A stretch of DNA of 64,000 nucleotides from Paracoccaceae bacterium (GTDB taxonomy: Bacteria > Pseudomonadota > Alphaproteobacteria > Rhodobacterales > Rhodobacteraceae). The stretch lies in NCBI GenBank assembly GCA_014872875.1, contig WKFI01000007.1, positions 176,495-240,494 on the forward strand, given 5' to 3'. Numbering within the stretch: the first letter of the stretch is position 1; every line of letters begins with the position of its first letter. The notes beneath the pieces are model-generated. The model was not told the DNA's origin and ran no database searches. It saw nothing but the letters and a program-made list of their open reading frames with translations. Shown piece by piece: positions 38,081 to 48,905 of the stretch. The position numbers were made by a program, and so were the translations under genes.

Positions 38081-38602
38081 CTATCCCGCGCTGCTGTCCA
38101 GCCCTCGGTTGCGCAGTTGGGTTTGCCGGCATTCGTCTATTTCCGGCCAATAGCGGCGCAGCGCGTTGGTGAAGTCGTCAAATATGTCCGGCCTCAGCAA
38201 TTGCAACGGCAGACGCAGTGTGCCCGCCCATAGACCGTCCGCATTTATGTTGACGAAAGCGTGATTACGGGCCGTACCGGGGTGAAAAGGCCGTTCGGAA
38301 CCATGACGTCGCTCACGTCTGACGCCATGCCTCTCCTGCTGTTCAATAGCGAGGCCAGGGCCATTATTGCTGCGCAAAGCGGCCGGACCGATCCGACGAA
38401 GCTGGCACATGAAAATTCCCAACGGCGGGAGCACGATCCAGGAAACACCGGTCACCACAAGCATCGCGAACGTGTAATCACCACCCAACCACCATAACAG
38501 CGAGAAACCCACACCAATGGATCCAACCAATTGCAAACGGGCCATCGCCAGGCGCCGCCGTCGCTGCAACAGGATTTCGAGATACTCGAAGGATCCGGCC
38601 AT
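38081..38602 (-). CDS. Hypothetical membrane protein
   Basis: 173 aa, two predicted TM helices (VGSIGVGFSLLWWLG, AMLVVTGVSWIVLPPLGIF). It sits between rpiA and gor on the same strand. Confidence 0.45.
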   Translation of the reverse strand: MAGSFEYLEILLQRRRRLAMARLQLVGSIGVGFSLLWWLGGDYTFAMLVVTGVSWIVLPPLGIFMCQLRRIGPAALRSNNGPGLAIEQQERHGVRRERRHGSERPFHPGTARNHAFVNINADGLWAGTLRLPLQLLRPDIFDDFTNALRRYWPEIDECRQTQLRNRGLDSSAG

Positions 38603-38608
38603 CCCGGT

Positions 38609-39397
38609 CTAGTCCGCCAGATCCGTGAACAGATTGTCGCTTTCGACGAAGTCCAGCCGGTCATGTTCGACCGTGCCTTCATTGATATCGCGCACCTCGA
38701 CCTTGCCGTCGCCGAACCCGATCACGACCGTATCGCAAATATCGATGAACAACCCGTTTTCAACAACGCCCGGCATCTGGTTCATCACCATTGCCAATTG
38801 CCGCGCATTGCCGATGCGTTTCAGATGCAGGTCCAGGATGTAATTACCTTCGTCGGTAACAAACGCCGTTTCCCCGTTCATCCGCAACGTGGCCGAGCGC
38901 CCCAGAACATCCAGAGAAATCAGCGTCTCCTCGATAAGTGCCTGAGTGGTCTGCCAGCCAAACGGGATGACCTCGACCGGCAAAGGGAAGGCGCCAAGGG
39001 TTTCGACCTCTTTGCCGATATCAGCGATTACCACCATCTGATCACTGGCCGTGGCTACGATCTTTTCCTGCAGCAGAGCACCGCCGCCACCTTTGATCAG
39101 GTTCAGGTCACCGTCGAATTCATCCGCCCCATCAATGGTCAGATCCAGCCAGCGTGCTTCATCCAGACTGATCACGTCGATCCCGACCTCGCGGGCCAAC
39201 TCCGCCGTTCGGGTCGAGGTGGGGACACCACGGATCCTGAGCCCTTCATCGCGAACCATGTCACCCAGACACCGCACCAGCCAGGCGGCTGTTGAGCCCG
39301 TGCCCAGACCGACACGCATCCCGTCCTCGACAAAATCAGCGGCCCGCTTGGCGGCAACGAATTTTGCCTTGTCGATGGGTGACAACTCTCCGGTCAT
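38609..39397 (-). CDS. rpiA: Ribose-5-phosphate isomerase A
   Basis: ATG 39397 (MTGELSPIDKAKFVAAKRAADFVEDGMRVGLGTGSTAAW...). Contains IDGADE and KGGGGALLQEK motifs. Confidence 0.9.
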   Translation of the reverse strand: MTGELSPIDKAKFVAAKRAADFVEDGMRVGLGTGSTAAWLVRCLGDMVRDEGLRIRGVPTSTRTAELAREVGIDVISLDEARWLDLTIDGADEFDGDLNLIKGGGGALLQEKIVATASDQMVVIADIGKEVETLGAFPLPVEVIPFGWQTTQALIEETLISLDVLGRSATLRMNGETAFVTDEGNYILDLHLKRIGNARQLAMVMNQMPGVVENGLFIDICDTVVIGFGDGKVEVRDINEGTVEHDRLDFVESDNLFTDLAD

Positions 39398-39712
39398 GGC
39401 AACCCCCCCTGGATACACTGAACACGTTATAAGCAAAGCCACACGCCACGGCGAGACATAAAGCACCGCGTATTCTTGCCGTATTTGATTGGTCCGCCGC
39501 GTGACATGCCGGTGCCCGGTCAAGGCCCTTGAAGCCCCAGGTCTTCTTCTCAGAAACCCTTGGGGAAACAGCGCAGGCGGGGTTGGCGCGCTCCCAAACC
39601 CAAACGGCAAGTCAAAGCAACGGTCGAACAGATCGCATTTTTTGCGCGTTTCCTATCGGAAACGTCGTTATCGACAGATTTTTCGGGGCCTGAGCATCCT
39701 AAATACCATGTC

Positions 39713-40414
39713 ATGGAACCGCGCTACATTTTACACTATGCCCCCGACAACGCCTCGCTGGTGATCCGCCTGGCGTTGGAGGAGATGGCCCTCCCGTACG
39801 ACACCACACTGGTTGATCGACGCGCACAGGCGCAGGATGGCCCTGCCTATCGGGCCCTGAATCCCAATGGGCTGATCCCGGTTCTGGAAACACCTGATGG
39901 TCCAGTCTTCGAAACCGCCGCCATCCTGTTGTGGCTGGCGGACCAGCATGGAGCGATGGCGCCCGCGGCTGAAAGCTCCGACCGGGCGGGTTTTCTGAAA
40001 TGGCTGTTCTTTGCCTCCAATACGCTGCATGCGGATCTACGCATCCTGTTTTACGCAAAGAAGTACATCGGCGATGACCCGAGTCACCAATCCGCCTTGC
40101 GTGCAGGGATTTGCGAGCGGTTGAAAACCTACCTAAAAAATCTGGACGCCGCCTGCGGCACGCCGTGGCTGGGCGGGGAAGATCTCTCGGTTCTTGATAT
40201 CTACCTGGCCTGCCAATTGCGGTGGATGCGTCTTTACCCAGCTACCTATGACCGCTCATGGTTCGAACTGGACCACTATCCGGCGCTGAGATCCATCTGT
40301 GCTAAACTGGAAACCCGTGCCAGCGCCCAGACCGCCCTCATAGCCGAAGGGCTTGGGCCCCAACCGTTCACGAACCCGTCTTACGCCAACCCTCCAGAAG
40401 GATCAGCCACGTAA
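39713..40414 (+). CDS. Glutathione S-transferase family protein
   Basis: ATG 39713. Thioredoxin-like N-domain (ILHYAPDNASLVIRLALEEMALPYD...NPNGLIPVLE). The stop overlaps the sdaA start (TAATG). Confidence 0.75.
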   Translation: MEPRYILHYAPDNASLVIRLALEEMALPYDTTLVDRRAQAQDGPAYRALNPNGLIPVLETPDGPVFETAAILLWLADQHGAMAPAAESSDRAGFLKWLFFASNTLHADLRILFYAKKYIGDDPSHQSALRAGICERLKTYLKNLDAACGTPWLGGEDLSVLDIYLACQLRWMRLYPATYDRSWFELDHYPALRSICAKLETRASAQTALIAEGLGPQPFTNPSYANPPEGSAT

Positions 40415-41787
40415 TGTTCCTCTCCGTCTTCGACATGTTCAAAGTGGGCATCGGCCCGTCCTCGTCGCACACAATGGGCCCGATGGTGGCCGCTGCGCGG
40501 TTCCTGGACCTGATGCGCGCCTCTCCTTTCGAATTCCACGGGTTGCGAGCGTCGCTGCACGGATCGCTGGCCTTTACTGGCGTGGGGCATGCCACGGACC
40601 GGGCAACGATCCTTGGCCTCGCCGGGTTCCTGCCCGACAGCTATGACGACGACAAGGCCGAAGCCGCCCTGGCCCAGATCAACGCGACCCACCGGATGCA
40701 TCCCGAGGGCCTGCCCGAACTGGTGTTCGACCCCAAGGCAGACATGATCTTTGATTATGATCACAACCTGCCGGGCCACGCCAATGGCATGATCCTGATG
40801 GCAACCGATGCCCAGGGCGACGTAATCCTGCGGCAGGTGTATTATTCGATTGGCGGCGGCTTTGTCCTGACCGAAGAAGAATTGTCCGCGGGCAAGGCCA
40901 CGGAAGAAGGTGACCCAGTCCCCTTCCCGTTCAAGTCTGCCGCCGAAATGCTGGAAATGGCGAAATCCAGCGGCAAGTCCATTGCCCAGATGAAACGCGC
41001 CAATGAAATCGCCCGCGGCTGTGAAGTTTCGCTGGGCAAAGGAACGGCACGCATCTGGGAAGTCATGAACAACTGCATCGAGCGCGGGCTAGCCCGAGAC
41101 GGAATCCTGCCCGGCGGGCTGAATGTGCGGCGTCGCGCAAAGGGTATCCATGATGAACTGCAGGCTGAACGTGGCATGAACCTGAACGCTCCACACACGA
41201 TCAATGACTGGATGAGCGTCTATGCCATGGCGGTGAACGAAGAAAACGCCGCCGGTGGTCAGGTTGTGACCGCTCCTACCAATGGTGCTGCGGGTACTTT
41301 GCCTGCTGTCATCCGCTATTACCTCGACCACGTTCCGGGGGCTTCTGAGAAACATGTTGAAGACTTCCTTCTGACAGCGGCCGCGATTGGTGGTTTGGTC
41401 AAATTCAACGCCTCAATCTCGGGCGCTGAAGCTGGCTGTCAGGCCGAGGTCGGAAGTGCTTCGGCCATGGCCGCCGCGGGTTTGTGCGCCGTGATGGGGG
41501 GCACGCCCGAGCAGGTGGAGAACGCAGCCGAGATCGCGCTGGAACATCACTTGGGAATGACCTGCGACCCGGTCGCCGGTTTGGTGCAGGTGCCATGTAT
41601 CGAACGCAACGGTCTCGCCGCGATCAAAGCGGTTTCTGCCGCATCGCTTGCTTTGCGTGGTGACGGACAGCATTTTGTGCCACTGGACGCGGCGATTGAA
41701 ACGATGCGTCAGACCGGCGCTGATATGCATGAGAAGTACAAGGAAACCTCGCTTGGCGGGTTGGCCGTCAACGTTCCAAACTGCTGA
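40414..41787 (+). CDS. sdaA: L-serine ammonia-lyase (iron-sulfur dependent)
   Basis: 457 aa. MFLSVFDMFKVGIGPSSSHTMGPM N-terminus, full length. Confidence 0.93.
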   Translation: MFLSVFDMFKVGIGPSSSHTMGPMVAAARFLDLMRASPFEFHGLRASLHGSLAFTGVGHATDRATILGLAGFLPDSYDDDKAEAALAQINATHRMHPEGLPELVFDPKADMIFDYDHNLPGHANGMILMATDAQGDVILRQVYYSIGGGFVLTEEELSAGKATEEGDPVPFPFKSAAEMLEMAKSSGKSIAQMKRANEIARGCEVSLGKGTARIWEVMNNCIERGLARDGILPGGLNVRRRAKGIHDELQAERGMNLNAPHTINDWMSVYAMAVNEENAAGGQVVTAPTNGAAGTLPAVIRYYLDHVPGASEKHVEDFLLTAAAIGGLVKFNASISGAEAGCQAEVGSASAMAAAGLCAVMGGTPEQVENAAEIALEHHLGMTCDPVAGLVQVPCIERNGLAAIKAVSAASLALRGDGQHFVPLDAAIETMRQTGADMHEKYKETSLGGLAVNVPNC

Positions 41788-41895
41788 CATGTGACGCTAC
41801 GTTACTTGTAATGAAACAAGGACCGTGACTAGAAAAGGGATGGATCGGCGCAACCTTTGCTTGCAGAAAGGTTAACACACGCATAGCGTGTCGGC

Positions 41896-42834
41896 ATGTC
41901 TTATGATCGTCCCATTCTAGGTATCTCACTCATGCTTGGGTTTTGCGTCGTCGCTCCGATGGGGGACGCTGTGGCCAAGCTTCTGGGTGAGTCTGTCCCG
42001 CTCGGGCAATTGGTTTTTGTCAGATTTGCGCTCCAGGCAGTGGTCCTGATCCCCATTGTATTCATGACCAACCGTATTTGGCGAATGCGGGGCCGTGTTC
42101 TGACCCTGACGGCTCTTCGTACCGTCCTGCACATTGCCGGGATCGCCTGCATGGTCACCGCGCTTCAATACCTGCCACTGGCAGATGCAGTCGCAATTGC
42201 CTTTGTCATGCCCTTCATCATGTTGCTTCTGGGCAAGTACATTCTGGACGAAGAGGTCGGCTTCCGTCGCCTTGTGGCCTGTCTGGTGGGTTTCATAGGG
42301 ACCTTGCTGGTGGTGCAACCCAGTTTTGCACAGGTCGGCTGGCCGGCGCTGTTGCCCTTGGGCGTGGCGGTGATCTTCTCGCTCTTCATGCTGGTGACGC
42401 GTCAGATAGCCAAGGAAACCGATCCAATCGGTCTGCAAGCGGTCAGCGGTGTCATGGCCTGCGTGGTCATGCTGCCTGCGCTGGTCATTGGCCACAGGTT
42501 CGAATTCGCCCCGCTGCAGGTCATTTCCCCAAACAGCTACGAAGTATTTCTGCTGATCGGGATCGGCATTTTGGGAACTATTGCGCATTTGCTGATGACC
42601 TGGTCGCTCAAATTCGCTCCAGCAGCAACCCTGGCGCCCATGCAATATCTTGAAATACCGGTAGCCACATTCATCGGTTGGCTTATCTTCACCGAACTAC
42701 CAAATACCACCGCAAGTATCGGCATCGCGATCATCATGGGTGCAGGGCTGTATATTGTCGCCCGCGAACGGGTGGCCGCGCGGCAGGTCGCGCTGGAATC
42801 CAAGATCACGCGTCCGGTGCAAACGCCGGCATGA
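41896..42834 (+). CDS. DMT superfamily (EamA-like) transporter
   Basis: 312 aa, 10 hydrophobic segments. Confidence 0.8.
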   Translation: MSYDRPILGISLMLGFCVVAPMGDAVAKLLGESVPLGQLVFVRFALQAVVLIPIVFMTNRIWRMRGRVLTLTALRTVLHIAGIACMVTALQYLPLADAVAIAFVMPFIMLLLGKYILDEEVGFRRLVACLVGFIGTLLVVQPSFAQVGWPALLPLGVAVIFSLFMLVTRQIAKETDPIGLQAVSGVMACVVMLPALVIGHRFEFAPLQVISPNSYEVFLLIGIGILGTIAHLLMTWSLKFAPAATLAPMQYLEIPVATFIGWLIFTELPNTTASIGIAIIMGAGLYIVARERVAARQVALESKITRPVQTPA

Positions 42835-43471
42835 CCTGATCCAAGGCGCGCCGCGGCAGAATGCACAGCAGCCCCGGCCCGTCGGTCCAGATCCGAATCG
42901 GTCCCAGCGCCACGTTCGAAGTGCCAATCCTGCCATCCGGTCTCAACTCCAGCCCGTCAATCGGCCAGCGCAGTCCGGTAGACCGCCCTTGCACCGGAAG
43001 CAATGGAAACAGGGACACCACATCTCCGGCCTCCAGATCCGCAGCGAAATTGCGAGGTAAGTGAAACACGATTTCGTCCGCACCGATCAGTATGCATGGC
43101 TGCTTAGCCTGCCTGAGCAAAGCACTGAACCCCGCCAACTGGTGATCCAGCCGCTGCCCAAGAAATCCGACCGCCAGAATGACCGGAGCAAGGACCCGCT
43201 CCAGGCATTTGTCAAAATCGGTGCTGTCCTGCTCGGCCACCGGGTGCAGGATCGCATCGGGGATCCGGGCCAAGGCCGCGTCCGAAATCGAATCGAAGTC
43301 GCCGATCACAGCGTCCGGCACAAGACCATGGTCCAACGCGGCCATTGCCCCGCCATCAGCAGCCACCAATGTGGGCGCACGCACCAGAGCAAGGTCCAGA
43401 TCTCCTGGATGAATAGCTCCGCCACCAACCAGAGTGACGGGTTTTTCGCTGTGAAGGATCGGCACTGTCAT
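42806..43471 (-). CDS. Thiamine diphosphokinase
   Basis: ATG 43471. Motifs VAADGGA, IGDFDS, QDSTDFDKCL and GQRLDH. The 3' end overlaps the convergent DMT gene by 29 nt. Confidence 0.8.
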   Translation of the reverse strand: MTVPILHSEKPVTLVGGGAIHPGDLDLALVRAPTLVAADGGAMAALDHGLVPDAVIGDFDSISDAALARIPDAILHPVAEQDSTDFDKCLERVLAPVILAVGFLGQRLDHQLAGFSALLRQAKQPCILIGADEIVFHLPRNFAADLEAGDVVSLFPLLPVQGRSTGLRWPIDGLELRPDGRIGTSNVALGPIRIWTDGPGLLCILPRRALDQVMPAFAPDA

Positions 43472-43609
43472 GCGCGCTTTAATGCCAATTTTGAGAACCG
43501 GCCACAATCTCGCCCTAAAATGATACTGTGATTTGCACAGATTCGGGCCGAAATTGTCGCCGTGCTGGTGCTTAACTGGTGGCAATAATTGTAAGAGGGC
43601 GAGCATCTG

Positions 43610-45673
43610 ATGGTACAGAACAACAAGATCCTGACCGTTTCATACGGTACGTTTTCCTGCACGCTCGAAGGTTTCGATGACTCTTTCGACACGATGAAAG
43701 CGATTGCCGAATACTTCAGGGACCTTGCTGCGGATGACCGCTTCTTTGGTGCCGAACCACCGCAGCCGGACGCCGAGATGATGGCTCGGATAGCAGAACG
43801 GGAGATTTCTCGTCAGGTAGAAGCAAGGCGTAGCGACGAAGGAATCGTGCTGCGTGCTGCGCAACCCACCGAGGCTCCGGCCCCTGCTTTGGCGAACCCG
43901 ACGGCTCCAGCCGAGCCCGCGCCGGTTGTCAGCGAAGCTCCGGCAGAACAGTTGGAGAAACAAGAGGTCCGGGAGACGGCAGAGCCAGTTCCGGACATCG
44001 AAGAGCCTGTTGAACTGAACGACGCTGCCGCTGAACAGGCCGTCGCCGAAGCTGCACAAGCCGTAGATCAGGCCGAGGAACCGGTAATCGAAAACGTGGC
44101 AGAGGTGCTGGCTGAGACTTCGGCACCAACGGTCGCAGAAGCTCCGGTCGAAGACATTGAACCGGAAGCAGTCGAACCCGAAGTCACCCCTGACACCCTT
44201 CAGGACGACATTCCCGCCGCGCCTGCAGAGGCCGACACCGCGGTCGAAACCGAAGCCGCAGTCGAGATCGTGGCTGAAGCTGAGCCGATGGACGTCGATG
44301 CTGACGACGACGACAACACCGACGACATCGTGCCAGCCGCAGACAGCATCGCCGCAAAACTGCAGCGCATCCGCGACGTGGTTGCCCGCAAGGCGCGTCC
44401 GTTGGACGAGGCCGAGTTTTCGGAAGATGAACATGCTGAAAACTTCGTGTCAGAAAGCGCCCGCGAAATCTCGGAAGTGCTGGGCGAAGATGATCAGCCT
44501 GAAGACGAGTTGGAAAACCGCCAGGAAGACATCCAGGATGACGAGATCGCTAGCGTTCTGGACAAGCTCGACCTGAGCAACCACCGCGTCGAAAACACTC
44601 CGGAACCGGCCGGTGGCGACGACAGCCTGTTTGATGACCTGGACCAATCCGTGGAAGCCGAAGAAGGGCTGCGTTCAGACGAGGTCAATATCCTCGAACA
44701 GCCGAAAGCAGAGACCCCCGAAGCGCCCGAAGCCACAGCGCGGCCTTTGCGCGTTCGCGTGAGCAAAGTAAAGAAAGCCGACTTGGAAGCTGCAGTAGCG
44801 CAAGGCAAATTGGAGGAAATCGAGGAAGACACCGACGATTCCACGCTTTCTGCCGAGGATGAAGCTGACCTGCTGCGCGAGTTGGCAGCGGTCGAGGCGG
44901 AAGCCGCGTCCGAACAGGCTCAGGACATTGTGGAACAGGACGCCGAACAACCTGCCCCCGAAACTGCACCCGGTTCTTCCGAAACCCGCGTGGCAGAAGA
45001 CACCAATGGGTCTGATGTGTCGCGCCTACTGGATGCAGCGGATGAGAAGCTTGATGCACCCGAGGTTTCGTCCAACCGCGAGAACTACAACCAACTGCGG
45101 GCCGCCGTGGCTGCCGCCGAAGCCGAACGGGCCGCGGGTGGTTCCATCGGGACACATCCTGATACGACGCCCTATGTTGACGATCTTGCCAGTGTGGTCC
45201 GCCCGCGCCGTCCGGTGGCCGCCACAAGCCGTGCCGAGCGTCCCTCGTCCCAGCCGCAGCCCGCACCATTGAAACTGGTCGCTGAGCAGCGAATTGACAC
45301 ACCGGTTGAAAACAAGGGCCCGATCCGCCCGCGCCGTATTCGCACCCAGGTGGAGGATAACGCATCCGGATCACAGGGTACTTCGGATGGCGGATTTGCA
45401 GCTTTTGCCCGCGAACAAGGCGCCGTGGAACTGCCCGAAGTACTGGAAGCTGCCGCCGCCTACATGAGCTTTGTCGAAGGCCGTGACCAGTTCACCCGCC
45501 CACAGCTGATGAACAAGGCGCGTCAATTGAACGAGGAAAACAGGTTCTCCCGCGAGGACGGGCTACGCTCTTTCGGTCAGCTGCTTCGCGAAGGCAAGAT
45601 CGCCAAGGCCAGCAGCGGCCAGTTCACGGCGACAGGTGACATTGGGTACCAACCGGAACGCGCAGCGGGCTGA
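43610..45673 (+). CDS. Large, highly acidic low-complexity protein with structured N- and C-terminal domains
   Basis: 687 aa. AGAGGG lies upstream of the ATG. An ordered N-terminus of about 85 aa and C-terminus of about 100 aa flank roughly 450 aa rich in E/A/P/D. I recognise no family. Confidence 0.7.
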   Translation: MVQNNKILTVSYGTFSCTLEGFDDSFDTMKAIAEYFRDLAADDRFFGAEPPQPDAEMMARIAEREISRQVEARRSDEGIVLRAAQPTEAPAPALANPTAPAEPAPVVSEAPAEQLEKQEVRETAEPVPDIEEPVELNDAAAEQAVAEAAQAVDQAEEPVIENVAEVLAETSAPTVAEAPVEDIEPEAVEPEVTPDTLQDDIPAAPAEADTAVETEAAVEIVAEAEPMDVDADDDDNTDDIVPAADSIAAKLQRIRDVVARKARPLDEAEFSEDEHAENFVSESAREISEVLGEDDQPEDELENRQEDIQDDEIASVLDKLDLSNHRVENTPEPAGGDDSLFDDLDQSVEAEEGLRSDEVNILEQPKAETPEAPEATARPLRVRVSKVKKADLEAAVAQGKLEEIEEDTDDSTLSAEDEADLLRELAAVEAEAASEQAQDIVEQDAEQPAPETAPGSSETRVAEDTNGSDVSRLLDAADEKLDAPEVSSNRENYNQLRAAVAAAEAERAAGGSIGTHPDTTPYVDDLASVVRPRRPVAATSRAERPSSQPQPAPLKLVAEQRIDTPVENKGPIRPRRIRTQVEDNASGSQGTSDGGFAAFAREQGAVELPEVLEAAAAYMSFVEGRDQFTRPQLMNKARQLNEENRFSREDGLRSFGQLLREGKIAKASSGQFTATGDIGYQPERAAG

Positions 45674-45691
45674 CCGTCAGCTTGAGACGAT

Positions 45692-45724
45692 AAAAAAAGG
45701 CACCTCGAATGAGGTGCCTTTTTT
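45692..45724. terminator. Bidirectional intrinsic terminator
   Basis: AAAAAAA-GGCACCTC-GAAT-GAGGTGCC-TTTTTT between convergent genes. It is a perfect stem with A- and T-runs on either side. Confidence 0.8.
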
Positions 45725-45739
45725 GCGTTTCAACGACGT

Positions 45740-45991
45740 TCAGGAACCGTCTGCGTCCGGATCTTCCTTGCCGACGCCCCTAAAGACGAATTTGAACGGA
45801 AACGCCCAAAGCAGCCCAAGAACGATAAATATCAGAAGCTCCACGACGACGGGAAGCCCGTCATTCCTGGCCCGCAACCAATCGGTCAGGGTCACCGCCA
45901 GCACGATATAAAGCGGCATTCCAACCAACAGAATGACCAGCGACCAGCGGCGGCGCGCCTTGTAGCTCAGTCCCTTTTTATCTTCCGCCAT
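45740..45991 (-). CDS. Small membrane protein (DUF2842-like)
   Basis: 83 aa with two TM helices. The ATG overlaps the purA stop (ATGA). Confidence 0.55.
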   Translation of the reverse strand: MAEDKKGLSYKARRRWSLVILLVGMPLYIVLAVTLTDWLRARNDGLPVVVELLIFIVLGLLWAFPFKFVFRGVGKEDPDADGS

Positions 45992-47286
45992 CAGTCGGCA
46001 AACGGGTCGGTCACCAGAATGGTGTCGTCCCGCTCCGGGCTGGTGGAGAGCAGCGCAACCGGGCAGTCGATCAGCTCTTCGACGCGGCGCACGTATTTAA
46101 TCGCATTGGCAGGCAGTTCGGCCCAACTGCGGGCGCCTTCAGTGGACTCCGTCCATCCCGGCATCTCTTCATAGATCGGAGCACAGCGCGCCTGTTGATC
46201 GGCCGCAGTCGGCAGATAATCCAGTCGTTCGCCATCCAGATCATAGCCTACACAGATCTTCAGCGTTTCGAAGCCATCCAAGACGTCAAGCTTGGTCAGT
46301 GCAATTCCACTAACACCCGAGGTCGCGCAGGTTTGACGCAACAATGCAGCATCGAACCACCCACAGCGGCGCTTGCGTCCTGTGGTGGTGCCGAACTCAT
46401 GCCCCCGCTCACCCAGACGTTGACCGTCCGCGTCATCCAGCTCGGTCGGGAACGGGCCTTCGCCGACACGGGTGGTATAAGCTTTGACGATGCCCAGAAC
46501 AAAATCGATCGAGTTCGGGCCGATGCCGACACCGGTCGCGGCCTGACCGGCAATCACATTGGACGAGGTCACAAAGGGATAGGTGCCGAAATCAATGTCC
46601 AGCAGCGCACCTTGCGCGCCTTCGAACAGGATCCGCTTACCGGCTTTGCGTTTTTCGTTCAAAACCTTCCAGACCGGCGCCGCAAAAGGCAGGATTTTGG
46701 GCGCGATCTCTTTCAGTTGCGAAACCAGCGCATCACGGTCTACCGGGTCAATGCCCAGCCCCTTGCGCAGCGGGTCATGGTGCTGAAGGGCCCGATCCAC
46801 CCGAGCTTCCAGAGTGGCCTCATCCGCCAGATCCGCAACCCGGATGGCGCGGCGCCCAACCTTGTCTTCGTAACACGGACCAATGCCGCGCCCGGTGGTA
46901 CCGATCTTGGTGCCTTTCGACGCTGCCTCTTCACGCGCCCGGTCAAGCTCACCATGGATGGGCAGGATCAGCGGGGTGTTTTCCGCGATCATCAGCGTAT
47001 CGGGGGTGATCTCAACACCCTGCTCCTGAACAGTCGCGATTTCCTTGACCAGATGCCAGGGGTCCAGCACCACGCCATTGCCGATGACCGACAGCTTGCC
47101 GCCGCGGACAACACCCGAAGGCAACGCGTGCAGTTTGTAGACCTTGCTGTCGATGACCAGAGTATGCCCGGCATTGTGACCACCCTGAAAACGGGCGATG
47201 ACGTCAGCGCGCTCGCTGAGCCAATCCACGATCTTGCCCTTCCCTTCGTCACCCCATTGGGCGCCGACGACGACTACGTTGGCCAT
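45991..47286 (-). CDS. purA: Adenylosuccinate synthase
   Basis: ATG 47286 ([21 protein letters not shown]), full length at about 431 aa. The ORF track N-terminal extension to 47556 is spurious. Confidence 0.97.
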   Translation of the reverse strand: MANVVVVGAQWGDEGKGKIVDWLSERADVIARFQGGHNAGHTLVIDSKVYKLHALPSGVVRGGKLSVIGNGVVLDPWHLVKEIATVQEQGVEITPDTLMIAENTPLILPIHGELDRAREEAASKGTKIGTTGRGIGPCYEDKVGRRAIRVADLADEATLEARVDRALQHHDPLRKGLGIDPVDRDALVSQLKEIAPKILPFAAPVWKVLNEKRKAGKRILFEGAQGALLDIDFGTYPFVTSSNVIAGQAATGVGIGPNSIDFVLGIVKAYTTRVGEGPFPTELDDADGQRLGERGHEFGTTTGRKRRCGWFDAALLRQTCATSGVSGIALTKLDVLDGFETLKICVGYDLDGERLDYLPTAADQQARCAPIYEEMPGWTESTEGARSWAELPANAIKYVRRVEELIDCPVALLSTSPERDDTILVTDPFAD

Positions 47287-47439
47287 ATCAGGTCCTTTTG
47301 ATGCTGGTTCAAACCGGCCTTCATATAGCGGTGCCAAGCGGTCGAGGAAACCGCAATTTCGACGCAGTCGCCCCCAGTTTGCGGTTGCGGGGCTGGACAC
47401 AGGCCCGTGAATGGGCGATTCTGTGCAAAAAACGAGGCG

Positions 47440-47844
47440 ATGGGAATGATCGGGCTGTTCTTTCGATGGGTGTTTGCCTTCGGACTGCTGGCATTGACCT
47501 ATAACCCGACAGATTGGAATTTTGTGCGTTGGTCGATGACCCATTATGAAACGCACCTGTCCGTGGCGGTGCTGATGGGCCTGCTGCTTACCATCGGCTA
47601 TATTATCTACTTGCGCGCCACGGTCCGGTCCATCGGCGGCTTTGGAATGTTTCTGGTGCTGGCAGTGGTCGCAGCACTCTTGTGGGTGCTCTATGATTTC
47701 GGCTTGCTGGAACTGGACAACCCGACCCTGAATGTCTGGCTCGGCATTCTGGCGCTCTCGATTGTTTTGGGCATCGGTCTAAGCTGGAGCCATGTCCGCC
47801 GTGCCCTGTCCGGACAGGCCGACATGGATGACGTGGACGAATGA
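47440..47844 (+). CDS. Hypothetical polytopic membrane protein
   Basis: Four hydrophobic segments. In-frame ATGs at 47440 and 47446 follow GAGG. Confidence 0.5.
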   Translation: MGMIGLFFRWVFAFGLLALTYNPTDWNFVRWSMTHYETHLSVAVLMGLLLTIGYIIYLRATVRSIGGFGMFLVLAVVAALLWVLYDFGLLELDNPTLNVWLGILALSIVLGIGLSWSHVRRALSGQADMDDVDE

Positions 47845-47898
47845 AACCTGGCGCTCGACGTTGACAGACTTCGCTTTAGGCTCTGCTTCAGCTTTGGA

Positions 47899-48234
47899 TT
47901 AGCGTTCAGGCAGTGTGACCGGAGCCCCATGCGGTGTTTCCAGATAGGCTTGCTCCCAGTCTACTTTTAATTGAGACACCTCATCCGTAGCCGCGTCGCC
48001 TTGTTCCGCAAGGTACCTTTCCAGCGTCTCCAGCCAGGCGTTGAAGTAATCCTCTCCCCCATCCAAATCCTTGGAAAGCCCGTGACGGCGCAGGGTTGCT
48101 GAAAACCGCTCCACCCAATCCTGCCATTCAAATCGGCCGGATTCATTCAGATGCACGGTCAGGGCAAAAACCTGTGCGTGCCAGGGTTCCTCGAACACAG
48201 GCTCGGGCGCCGATACTTCCACACAGGAATTCAT
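47899..48234 (-). CDS. Nitrile hydratase accessory (activator) protein
   Basis: ATG 48234 overlaps the beta-subunit stop (ATGA). FEEPWHAQVFALTVHL is the typical motif of the beta-homologue-type accessory protein. Confidence 0.7.
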   Translation of the reverse strand: MNSCVEVSAPEPVFEEPWHAQVFALTVHLNESGRFEWQDWVERFSATLRRHGLSKDLDGGEDYFNAWLETLERYLAEQGDAATDEVSQLKVDWEQAYLETPHGAPVTLPER

Positions 48235-48905
48235 ACAGGCTCCAGATAAGATTGCCACATGTCCAGCACCACTTCGTCATTCGGATGTTCAGGATGAGAC
48301 CACAACTCGGACGCCGAAAAGACAACCGCATACAGCGGTTCCGCCGCCTCCCCCAATCTGTGCGCATTGCTATCGGGAAGAACATGAGCTCCGTGCAGGC
48401 TGAGAATACGTCCAGTGGCCCCCACCGCATAGGACGGCAGCCGCGTGTGGCCGCCATCGACCAAAGCACTCCCGCCAGGATGGCGCGTACGCACTGTGTC
48501 GCCTACTCCGAATCGGATTGGTTTAAGGCTGGGCCGATCTGCCGGACCACCCTTGGCCAATACTCCGGTCACGGCCTCGGCCTTCAGCATCCGATCTGCC
48601 AGGTCGTGAATTTCGGCAGAAGTTGCGCCCTTGAGGTCTTCAAGCGTCAGCACCCCGGTTTCCACCAAAAGATCGGCAAGCGCCGAGATCCATTTCTCGA
48701 AATAGGAAAATCGCGAATAGTCCTTGGGTGAGAGCCGTTCACGGGCATGACGGGAGACGTCGATATTCCACTGACCCAATGACCCACAGGCGAGCGTCAG
48801 AGCCAGAGCCCGCGCCTGCCAATCGCCCAGCGCAGGGATACCCTGAGGTTCAGGGACCACAGGCCCGTCCCCGAACCGCCCCCCCATGTCGTGTACACGG
48901 CTCAT
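48231..48905 (-). CDS. nthB: Nitrile hydratase beta subunit
   Basis: ATG 48905 ([16 protein letters not shown]...) overlaps the alpha-subunit stop. About 224 aa. Confidence 0.85.
   Translation of the reverse strand: MSRVHDMGGRFGDGPVVPEPQGIPALGDWQARALALTLACGSLGQWNIDVSRHARERLSPKDYSRFSYFEKWISALADLLVETGVLTLEDLKGATSAEIHDLADRMLKAEAVTGVLAKGGPADRPSLKPIRFGVGDTVRTRHPGGSALVDGGHTRLPSYAVGATGRILSLHGAHVLPDSNAHRLGEAAEPLYAVVFSASELWSHPEHPNDEVVLDMWQSYLEPV

Noticed and set aside
42505-42525. GGTTCGAATTCGCC, a T-loop-like string checked as a possible tRNA. Other intergenic regions were also scanned for tRNA, tmRNA or rRNA signatures.
   Set aside because: It lies inside the DMT transporter CDS and has no acceptor or anticodon arms. 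I found no tRNA-like cloverleaf anywhere in the window.
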